A DNA stretch of 32,000 bases, taken from the NCBI RefSeq assembly GCF_000406145.1, contig NZ_CM001976.1:73186-105185 (forward strand). Direction: 5' to 3'. Below, piece by piece: positions 25,263 to 32,000 of the stretch. Every line of letters begins with the position of its first letter. Positions within the stretch are counted from its first letter, which is position 1. A program made the position numbers and the translations under genes. The stretch is from Dickeya dadantii NCPPB 898. GTDB lineage: Bacteria > Pseudomonadota > Gammaproteobacteria > Enterobacterales > Enterobacteriaceae. The notes beneath the pieces are model-generated. The model did not search any database. It had not been told where the DNA came from and saw only the letters and a program-made list of their open reading frames with translations.

Positions 25263-25288
25263 AAGCCACGGATACCGTGGCTTTTTTA
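25263..25288 (+). terminator. rho-independent terminator (displaced dcuR terminator)
   Basis: AAGCCACGG-ATA-CCGTGGCTT followed by TTTTTT. The upstream copy at 24818-24838 lacks the T-tract. Confidence 0.75.
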
Positions 25289-25304
25289 TCGGGTGCATAA
25301 AACG

Positions 25305-25328
25305 AAAAAGGCCACGCTATCCGTGGCC
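25305..25328 (-). terminator. rho-independent terminator of the 2-hydroxycarboxylate transporter gene
   Basis: GGCCACG-CTATC-CGTGGCC preceded by A5 (T5 on the minus strand). The stem is an inverted variant of the dcuR terminator stem. Confidence 0.7.
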
Positions 25329-25354
25329 TTGTCGTATAAAAATCAGTGGGGCGA

Positions 25355-26698
25355 TTACACCAGCCAGCCGAGCAGCAGGGTAGCGGCGATCACGGTGGAA
25401 GCGCCGCCGATACGGGTGGCGATTTGCGCGAACGGCATCAACGACATGCGATTGGAGGCGGACAGAATCGCCACGTCGCCGGTGCCGCCCAGACCGCTGT
25501 GGCAACTGGTCACGATAGAGGCTTCAACCGGATACATCTTCAGGTACGGCGCGATGAAGAAGCTGATCAGCGCCATTGAGAGCACTACGGAGCCGCACAC
25601 CACCACGTAACCGACGGAGAATACCGCCACCACGCTTTCCAGCGGCACGTACAGCATGCCCAGACCGATCATCAGCGGCCACACCAGCGAACTGGATACG
25701 AACTTGTAGAAGCTGTTGGCACCGGTTTCCATGCTGGATGGGATAACACGGCCGTATTTGCACAGCACCGCGATCAGAATCATCAGCACCGGACCGGGGA
25801 TATGCAGCACTTTTTCAAACAGCCCGCCGACGATGAAGAAGGTGCAGATCAGCAGCAGACCGCCGCCCATCAGGTGGAAATCCACCGTTTTCGGCGCGTC
25901 TTTCACCGCAAACAGCGCGTTATCGGCTTCGTTGCGCACCAGATTGCCGTTACCGTTCAGGTCGCTGCGCCATACGCCGATGCGGGCCAGCACGCCGGCG
26001 CAGATGATGGCGAAAATGTTGCCGACGACGGCGGCAGGCACTAATTGGGCGACGTACACGTCCGGCGCCTGGCCGAGGATGGCGGAATAGGCCAGCGACA
26101 GCGGCAGAATGCCTTCGCCGATACCGCCGCCGATGATCGGCACGATGATGAAGAAGAAGGTGTGATAGAAGCTGTAGCCGAACAGTTTACCCACCAGCAG
26201 GCCGGTCACCACCGCGGTGGCGGTGCCTATCACCAGCGGAATGAACATGCGGATCATGCCCTGAATCAGGATGACGCGGTTCATGCCGAGAATACTGCCC
26301 ACTACCAGACTGGCGATGACGAAATAGAGGAAGTTGGCGTCTTTCATCAACAGCTTGACGGTATCCAGCGTGTTGGCGTTGAACAGATGGAAATACACCA
26401 GAATGGACGGCACCATCAGGCAAAGAATCGCCGGACCGCCGATTTCTTTCAGCACCGGAATACGCTGGCCGATATAAGCCAACAGGAATCCCATGGTCAT
26501 AATAACAGCGAATCCGCCGATCATGTTTTTAGGCAAATAACTGGCATAGGCGGCAATAAAGACAACGGCGGAAATGACCAGAAAAAGAATAAACGGCACT
26601 GATCCAATGCGCATTTTATTTAAACTTTCCAGTAAGCCTGATGGGGCGGTGGTGGCGAGCGTGTTATCGCTCATGATTTCAGTTTCAATGTTTTTCAT
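25355..26698 (-). CDS. 2-hydroxycarboxylate transporter family (CitS/MaeN/CimH-like) citrate or malate:cation symporter
   Basis: 447 aa from MKNIETEIMSDN. GGFAVIMTMGFLL, VPIIGGGIGEGILPLS and GLGGTGDVAILSASNRMSLMPFAQIATRIGGA resemble Klebsiella CitS. The ORF-track start at 26860 adds 54 non-homologous residues. Confidence 0.85.
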   Translation of the reverse strand: MKNIETEIMSDNTLATTAPSGLLESLNKMRIGSVPFILFLVISAVVFIAAYASYLPKNMIGGFAVIMTMGFLLAYIGQRIPVLKEIGGPAILCLMVPSILVYFHLFNANTLDTVKLLMKDANFLYFVIASLVVGSILGMNRVILIQGMIRMFIPLVIGTATAVVTGLLVGKLFGYSFYHTFFFIIVPIIGGGIGEGILPLSLAYSAILGQAPDVYVAQLVPAAVVGNIFAIICAGVLARIGVWRSDLNGNGNLVRNEADNALFAVKDAPKTVDFHLMGGGLLLICTFFIVGGLFEKVLHIPGPVLMILIAVLCKYGRVIPSSMETGANSFYKFVSSSLVWPLMIGLGMLYVPLESVVAVFSVGYVVVCGSVVLSMALISFFIAPYLKMYPVEASIVTSCHSGLGGTGDVAILSASNRMSLMPFAQIATRIGGASTVIAATLLLGWLV

Positions 26699-26769
26699 TA
26701 TATTCACCCTGTTGTAGCGGCATAGGACAGAGATAAGCAACTTGCTCTGCAAGACGTGGAAAATTGTGT

Positions 26770-26839
26770 TATGGGCGCAAGGCACGGTTATGAGCGCAAA
26801 ATACAACCATATATGGGCACAAATCATGTATGGGCGCAA
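26770..26839 (-). promoter_or_regulatory. four direct 11-bp repeats upstream of the 2-HCT transporter gene (candidate response-regulator binding array)
   Basis: TATGGGCGCAA (26770), TATGAGCGCAA (26789), TATGGGCACAA (26812) and TATGGGCGCAA (26829). Spacing is 19, 23 and 17 bp, lying 72-141 bp upstream of the start codon. Confidence 0.4.
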
Positions 26840-27875
26840 AGTACAACAGCCATGCGGCACACCATCAAAAGCAAAAGGCGATGTTATTTTTATTGCAGGA
26901 TGTTCTTTAGGTAATCTAGCATGGGTAAATGTTAAAAATAATAGCCGTTCACTGCAAATATGAGGGATTTGTGAACCTCACAGCAATTCGCCTTTAAATA
27001 ACTTAATTCGTAGTTTTGTAATTAAAATTAATTTGTGAATGTTTTGGCGGGATTATTTATATAGGCGGGTTAGTTTTAGCAATATAAAAATAACACGGCA
27101 GGGTTAAATAAAAAATAAAATTTAAAAAGTTATATAAATAAAACTCCAGCGCGATGGGATCTGTCGGCAGGGGGCTGGCTATCCGGCAGACGCGCCATTT
27201 TCTGCCATACTGTGACGAGCAGGGAAGAAACCAGCGGACGTAGTGTGACGGTCGTCCGACCGACGCGCTTTACGTTCGGGGCTTTTGCCGCGGTGGTATA
27301 AAGTTTTTTTATAGTGCGCAAATAGTTACAGAAGGAACATCGTGGATGATAGGAATACATCATCCATGTCGGGGTTTTGTCAGTATTTTCACCTGATTTT
27401 AACCTTTTTAACACGCTTTATTGTGCAGTAATTCACCATTCGAGAGGATTTTCCTATGAGTTCTTACATGGTGATAATTATTGTCTGATGCTGTTTTTGT
27501 GGTGCTACCTGTTGTTTTCTTATTATTTTGCGGACTTTATCACCAATAAAATGGCTATTTAAGCTAACTTTATACCCTGATGATTCTGTGGTTTCTGTTT
27601 GTAAATCCTAACAGGTTATATTGACGCGATTGTGATCTGTTGACACATTGTGGGCGTCACAAGGAGGAGGGCGGCAGAGTACCTGGAATCATTATGGTTG
27701 ATCCGACAGGGCTGGCGGGGGTTTTCCTGCTTGTCCCGCACTGTTGTCTCTCCCTGTTTACTATTACATCAGTCTCCGGACGCGTTCCTCGGGCTGAGAC
27801 AGAGAAAAGTACAGACCACCGCGATAAAAATCGTCGCGATAATCCCCATCGCGATAGCAACGTTGTAATGACAAC

Positions 27876-27937
27876 AGTCAGACAACAATCGCGATGACAA
27901 CAACAGGTCTGACTGACACACAACATCCACAATGGAG
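27876..27937 (+). promoter_or_regulatory. dppA 5' leader: stem-loop presenting a C/A-rich loop plus a C/A-rich tract before the SD (GcvB-target-like)
   Basis: AGTCAGAC (27876-27883) / GTCTGACT (27907-27914) enclose AACAATCGCGATGACAACAACAG. This is followed by ACACACAACATCCACAA and GGAG (27934-27937). GcvB is known to pair with C/A-rich dppA leaders in Salmonella and E. coli. Confidence 0.4.
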
Positions 27938-27945
27938 TTCATGTA

Positions 27946-29553
27946 ATGGCTAAATCCCTGATGAAATCAAGGGTGCTGAAATTCAGCCTTGGTTTGCTGG
28001 CGCTGTCCGTTGCCGCCGGCGTACAGGCAAAAACCCTGGTGTATTGCTCAGAAGGTTCTCCGGAAGGTTTTAACCCGCAGCTGTTCACGTCCGGCACCAC
28101 CTTTGACGCCAGCTCCATTCCTATTTACAACCGTCTGGTCGAGTTCAAAAACGGCACCACGGAAATTGAACCGGGTCTGGCCGAAAAATGGGATATCAGC
28201 GCCGACGGCAAAACGTATACGTTCCATCTGCGTAAAGACGTGAAGTGGCAGGACAATAAAGAGTTCAAACCGAGCCGTACCTTCAACGCTGACGACGTGC
28301 TGTTCTCCTTCCAGCGTCAGATGGACGCCAACCACCCGTTCCACAAAGTTTCCGGCGGCAGCTACGAATACTTTGAAGGTATGGGGATGCCGGATCTGAT
28401 CAGCAAAATCGAGAAAGTGGATGACTATACCGTCCGCTTCCAGCTGACCCGCGCCGAAGCGCCGTTCCTGGCCGACCTGGCGATGGACTTTGCTTCCATC
28501 ATGTCCGCCGAGTATGGCGACAAAATGCTGAAAGCCGGTTCGCCGGAGAAAATCGACCTGGATCCGATCGGTACCGGTCCGTTCCAGTTGCAGCAGTACC
28601 AGAAAGATTCCCGCATCCTCTACAAACGTTTTGACAGCTTCTGGGGCACCAAGCCGGGCATCGACCGTCTGGTGTTCTCCATTACGCCGGATGCGTCCGT
28701 GCGTTACGCCAAGCTGCAAAAAGACGAATGTCAGGTGATGCCGTACCCGAACCCGGCCGATCTGGCCAGCATGAAGCAGGACAAGAACATTGAACTGCTG
28801 CAGAAGCCGGGCCTGAACGTGGGCTACCTGTCGTTCAACGTCGAGAAGAAACCGCTGGATAACGTGAAAGTGCGTCAGGCGCTGACTTACGCGGTGAACA
28901 AGCAGGCGATCATCGAAGCGGTGTATCAGGGCGCCGGTCAGGCCGCGAAAAACCTGATTCCGCCGACCATGTGGGGCTATAACGACGACGTTAAAGACTA
29001 CGCTTACGACCCGGCCAAAGCCAAGGCGCTGCTGAAAGAAGCCGGTCTGGAAAACGGTTTCGAAATCGACCTGTGGGCGATGCCGGTACAGCGTCCGTAC
29101 AACCCGAATGCCCGCCGTATGGCGGAGATGATTCAGGCTGACTGGGCGAAAGTGGGCGTGAAAGCCAAGATCGTCACCTACGAGTGGGGCGAGTACCTCA
29201 AACGCGCCAAAGCCGGCGAACACCAGACCGTGCTGATGGGCTGGACCGGCGACAACGGGGATCCGGATAACTTCCTGGCTACCCTGTTCAGCTGCGACGC
29301 GGCGAAAAAAGGCTCCAACTACTCCAAGTGGTGCTACAAGCCGTTTGAAGACCTGATCCAGCCGGCTCGTGCGGTGTCCGATCAGGCTAAACGTATCGAA
29401 CTGTACAAGCAGGCTCAGGTTGTGATGCACGATCAGGCTCCGGCGCTGATTGTGGCGCACTCCACCGTGTATGAACCGATCCGTAAAAACGTGAAAGGCT
29501 ACGTCATCGAGCCGCGCGGCGTGCACAGCTTCAACCACGTATCAGTAGATTAA
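27946..29553 (+). CDS. dppA: dipeptide ABC transporter periplasmic binding protein DppA
   Basis: 535-aa ORF. Signal peptide ...AAGVQA|KTLVYCSEGSPEGFNPQLFTSGTT. Near-identical to E. coli DppA throughout. Confidence 0.95.
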   Translation: MAKSLMKSRVLKFSLGLLALSVAAGVQAKTLVYCSEGSPEGFNPQLFTSGTTFDASSIPIYNRLVEFKNGTTEIEPGLAEKWDISADGKTYTFHLRKDVKWQDNKEFKPSRTFNADDVLFSFQRQMDANHPFHKVSGGSYEYFEGMGMPDLISKIEKVDDYTVRFQLTRAEAPFLADLAMDFASIMSAEYGDKMLKAGSPEKIDLDPIGTGPFQLQQYQKDSRILYKRFDSFWGTKPGIDRLVFSITPDASVRYAKLQKDECQVMPYPNPADLASMKQDKNIELLQKPGLNVGYLSFNVEKKPLDNVKVRQALTYAVNKQAIIEAVYQGAGQAAKNLIPPTMWGYNDDVKDYAYDPAKAKALLKEAGLENGFEIDLWAMPVQRPYNPNARRMAEMIQADWAKVGVKAKIVTYEWGEYLKRAKAGEHQTVLMGWTGDNGDPDNFLATLFSCDAAKKGSNYSKWCYKPFEDLIQPARAVSDQAKRIELYKQAQVVMHDQAPALIVAHSTVYEPIRKNVKGYVIEPRGVHSFNHVSVD

Positions 29554-29575
29554 TTACCTATCACGTCACATTTAT

Positions 29576-29598
29576 GGGCGATGGCAGCGCTGTCGCCC
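29576..29598 (+). terminator. intercistronic hairpin after dppA (possible attenuator or mRNA stabiliser)
   Basis: GGGCGA...TCGCCC stem with an 11-nt loop, followed by the T-rich CTGTTGTTTCT. Confidence 0.3.
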
Positions 29599-29749
29599 CT
29601 GTTGTTTCTAAAGGAGAGTGTTTCTCTGTAGGGGAACGGCAGGGGGCGCTTCAACGTCCGTTTTAACGCAGTGAGCAATGTCAGGCTCGATGGTGAGCGC
29701 CATCGGGCCCTTTATATCTCTATAAGAGAAAGCACAGAGAGTTCGGGAT

Positions 29750-30769
29750 ATGTTGCAGTTCATACTCCGTCGTTTGGGGCTGGTTATCCCAACGTTTATC
29801 GGTATTACCCTACTGACTTTCGCTTTCGTGCACCTGATCCCCGGCGACCCGGTGATGATCATGGCAGGAGAGCGCGGTATTTCTCCGGAGCGCCACGCGC
29901 AGCTGATGGCGGAACTGGGGCTGGACAAGCCTCTCTGGGAGCAATACCTCCACTACATCAACGGTGTGTTGCACGGCGATCTGGGCATGTCCCTGAAGAG
30001 CCGCATACCGGTCTGGGACGAATTCGTGCCGCGTTTTAAAGCCACGCTGGAACTGGGCGTCTGCGCGATGATTTTCGCGGTGATCGTCGGTATTCCGGTC
30101 GGGGTGCTGGCGGCGGTCAAGCGTGGTTCCGTGTTTGATCACACCGCGGTCAGTATTGCGCTGACCGGCTACTCCATGCCGATTTTCTGGTGGGGCATGA
30201 TGCTGATCATGCTGGTGTCGGTGCAGCTTAACCTGACGCCGGTATCCGGCCGGGTGGGCGACACGGTGTTTCTGGACGACTCCCTACCGCTGACCGGCTT
30301 TATGCTGATCGATACCTTGATCTGGGGCGCGGAGGGCGACTTCAAAGACGCCGTGATGCACATGTTGCTGCCGGCTGTGGTGCTCGGCACCATTCCGCTG
30401 GCGGTGATCGTGCGTATGACGCGCTCGGCGATGCTGGAAGTACTGGGCGAGGATTATATCCGCACCGCCCGCGCCAAGGGGCTGGGCCGCCTGCGGGTGA
30501 TTGTGGTGCATGCGTTGCGTAACGCCATGCTGCCGGTGGTGACGGTGATTGGCTTGCAGGTGGGCACTATGCTGGCCGGGGCGATCCTCACCGAAACCAT
30601 CTTCTCCTGGCCGGGGCTGGGCCGTTGGTTGATCGATGCGCTGCAGCGCCGTGACTATCCGGTGGTGCAGAGCGGGGTACTGCTGGTCGCCACCATGATT
30701 ATTCTGGTGAACCTGCTGGTGGATGTACTCTACGGCGTGGTGAACCCGCGTATCCGGCACAAGAAATAA
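29750..30769 (+). CDS. dppB: dipeptide ABC transporter permease DppB
   Basis: 339 aa: MLQFILRRLGLVIPTFIGITLLTFAFVH... Near-identical to E. coli DppB. Confidence 0.95.
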   Translation: MLQFILRRLGLVIPTFIGITLLTFAFVHLIPGDPVMIMAGERGISPERHAQLMAELGLDKPLWEQYLHYINGVLHGDLGMSLKSRIPVWDEFVPRFKATLELGVCAMIFAVIVGIPVGVLAAVKRGSVFDHTAVSIALTGYSMPIFWWGMMLIMLVSVQLNLTPVSGRVGDTVFLDDSLPLTGFMLIDTLIWGAEGDFKDAVMHMLLPAVVLGTIPLAVIVRMTRSAMLEVLGEDYIRTARAKGLGRLRVIVVHALRNAMLPVVTVIGLQVGTMLAGAILTETIFSWPGLGRWLIDALQRRDYPVVQSGVLLVATMIILVNLLVDVLYGVVNPRIRHKK

Positions 30770-30781
30770 GGGGAAGCGGAG

Positions 30782-31684
30782 ATGACTCACGTTACCGAAT
30801 CCGCAGCGACGACTGCGCCGAAGCCGATGACCCCGCTGCAGGAGTTCTGGCACTATTTCAAACGTAATAAAGGGGCCGTGGTCGGCCTGGTCTACATCAT
30901 TCTGATGCTGGTGGTGGCGATTGGCGCCAGCGTGCTGGCGCCGCATTCGCCGGCCGAGCAGTTCCGCGACGCGCTGCTTAAACCGCCGGTATGGCAGGAA
31001 GGCGGCAGCTGGCAGTACATCTTCGGCACCGACGACGTGGGCCGCGACGTTCTGTCGCGCCTGATGTACGGCGCGCGCCTGTCGCTGCTGGTGGGCTGTC
31101 TGGTGGTGGTGATGTCGCTGATCCTCGGCGTCGTCTTCGGTCTGGTCGCCGGTTACTTCGGCGGCGCGGTCGATGCCGCCATCATGCGTCTGGTGGATAT
31201 CATGCTGGCGCTGCCGAGCCTGCTGCTGGCGTTGGTGCTGGTGGCGATTTTCGGGCCGTCTATCGTCAATGCGTCACTGGCGCTGACCTTCGTGTCGCTG
31301 CCGCACTACGTGCGCCTGACCCGCGCCGCGGTGCTGGTGGAAGTCAACCGCGACTACGTCACCGCCTCGCGCGTGGCGGGCGCCGGTCCGCTGCGCCAGA
31401 TGTTCGTCAACATTCTCCCTAACTGCCTGGCGCCGTTGATCGTGCAGGCATCGATGGGCTTTTCCAACGCCATTCTCGACATGGCCGCGCTTGGGTTCCT
31501 CGGCATGGGCGCACAGCCGCCCACACCGGAATGGGGCACCATGCTCTCCGACGTGCTGCAGTTTGCGCAGAGCGCCTGGTGGGTGGTGACGTTCCCCGGT
31601 CTGGCGATTCTGCTGACGGTATTGGCATTTAACCTGATGGGGGACGGCCTGCGTGATGCTCTCGACCCCAAACTCAAGCAGTAA
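30782..31684 (+). CDS. dppC: dipeptide ABC transporter permease DppC
   Basis: 300 aa: ...[22 protein letters not shown]...[14 protein letters not shown]. Near-identical to E. coli DppC. Confidence 0.95.
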   Translation: MTHVTESAATTAPKPMTPLQEFWHYFKRNKGAVVGLVYIILMLVVAIGASVLAPHSPAEQFRDALLKPPVWQEGGSWQYIFGTDDVGRDVLSRLMYGARLSLLVGCLVVVMSLILGVVFGLVAGYFGGAVDAAIMRLVDIMLALPSLLLALVLVAIFGPSIVNASLALTFVSLPHYVRLTRAAVLVEVNRDYVTASRVAGAGPLRQMFVNILPNCLAPLIVQASMGFSNAILDMAALGFLGMGAQPPTPEWGTMLSDVLQFAQSAWWVVTFPGLAILLTVLAFNLMGDGLRDALDPKLKQ

Positions 31685-31712
31685 CAGAGCAAGCAGTTAT
31701 AGAGGTAGAGAG

Positions 31713-32000
31713 ATGGCGTTACTCAACGTAGAGAAACTGTCCGTTCACTTTGGCGACGAGGGGCTGCCGTTTCGCGCGGTAGACCGTATCAGCTATCAGG
31801 TGGAGCAAGGGCAGGTGGTCGGCATCGTCGGCGAGTCCGGCTCCGGCAAGTCCGTCAGTTCGCTGGCGATCATGGGGTTGATTGATTTCCCCGGCAAGGT
31901 GATGGCCGACCGGCTGGAGTTCAACCAGCGCGACCTGCAGACGCTGTCCGGCAAGGAGCGGCGTCAGCTGGTGGGGGCGGAAGTGGCGATGATCTTCCAG
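31713..32000 (+). CDS. dppD: dipeptide ABC transporter ATP-binding protein DppD (5' part, runs off the window)
   Basis: ATG at 31713. Translates to [48 protein letters not shown]... (Walker A), matching the E. coli DppD N-terminus. Absent from the ORF track because it is open-ended. Confidence 0.9.
   Translation, partial: MALLNVEKLSVHFGDEGLPFRAVDRISYQVEQGQVVGIVGESGSGKSVSSLAIMGLIDFPGKVMADRLEFNQRDLQTLSGKERRQLVGAEVAMIFQ

Noticed and set aside
24873-25610. ORFs 24873-25064(+), 24995-25213(+), 25224-25610(+), 25317-25505(-) and 25346-25579(+) around the MITE-like element and the 3' end of the 2-HCT gene
   Set aside because: They lie in repeat or hairpin-rich DNA, or antisense to the transporter gene. 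They have no SD and no family resemblance. One spans two terminator hairpins.
27130-27414. 94-aa minus-strand ORF and a GC-rich patch (about 27140-27300) inside the AT-rich 2-HCT/dppA spacer, plus ORFs 27377-27562(+), 27640-27897(+), 27650-27868(+) and 27657-27932(-)
   Set aside because: They have no SD, no recognisable motifs and mixed composition. The last three overlap the structured dppA leader. The GC-rich patch could be a gene remnant or an sRNA, but I found no promoter/terminator pair to support that.
27456-27488. 10-codon ORF MSSYMVIIIV with a GAGAGGA SD-like sequence, considered as a leader peptide
   Set aside because: No associated terminator/antiterminator structure was found, and it lies about 490 bp from dppA. 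Chance occurrence in AT-rich DNA is likely.
1-32000. Defence systems, toxin-antitoxin pairs, prophage, secretion or biosynthetic clusters
   Set aside because: Every sizeable ORF on either strand is accounted for by housekeeping, transport, regulatory or sugar-acid catabolic families. No nuclease, ATPase, methylase, reverse transcriptase or phage-like proteins were recognised.

Overview
Enterobacterial chromosomal segment. Gene content, three ERIC repeats and a GC content of roughly 55-60% by eye suggest a Pectobacteriaceae or Dickeya-like soft-rot genome; this is inference only. Gene order: yhiN(-), pitA(+), uspB(-), uspA(+), yidA(+), expanded ERIC, uxuA(-), expanded ERIC, UxuR/ExuR-like GntR regulator(+), bhsA-like DUF1471 gene(-), ERIC, yidR(+). 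Next come six co-directional genes: FGGY kinase, FucI-like isomerase, NAL/DHDPS-family lyase, leaderless BNR sialidase-like protein, MHS-type MFS transporter and LacI regulator. Then yidQ(-), ibpA-ibpB(+), an AT-rich spacer with an orphan promoter and terminator, a DASS anion transporter(+), dcuS-dcuR-like two-component genes(+), a 423-bp MITE-like insertion, a 2-hydroxycarboxylate transporter(-), a 1.25-kb AT-rich spacer, and dppA-dppB-dppC-dppD'(+). I saw no rRNA, tRNA, CRISPR array, prophage, integrase, transposase or recognisable defence genes. The best candidate for an undescribed system is the LacI-linked locus between yidR and yidQ. Its enzymes chain into a plausible salvage pathway for 3-deoxy-2-ulosonic acid (Kdo-type) glycosides: hydrolase, then pyruvate lyase, then aldose isomerase, then pentulose kinase. 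Secondary observations: uxuA is bracketed by two direct 275-bp expanded ERIC copies; a two-hairpin repeat module shows compensatory stem changes; a MITE-like element splits the dcuR terminator; there is an orphan promoter/terminator pair that may be an sRNA; and several short tandem duplications sit at gene ends and promoters. All family assignments come from motif and sequence recognition by eye. No database search was run.
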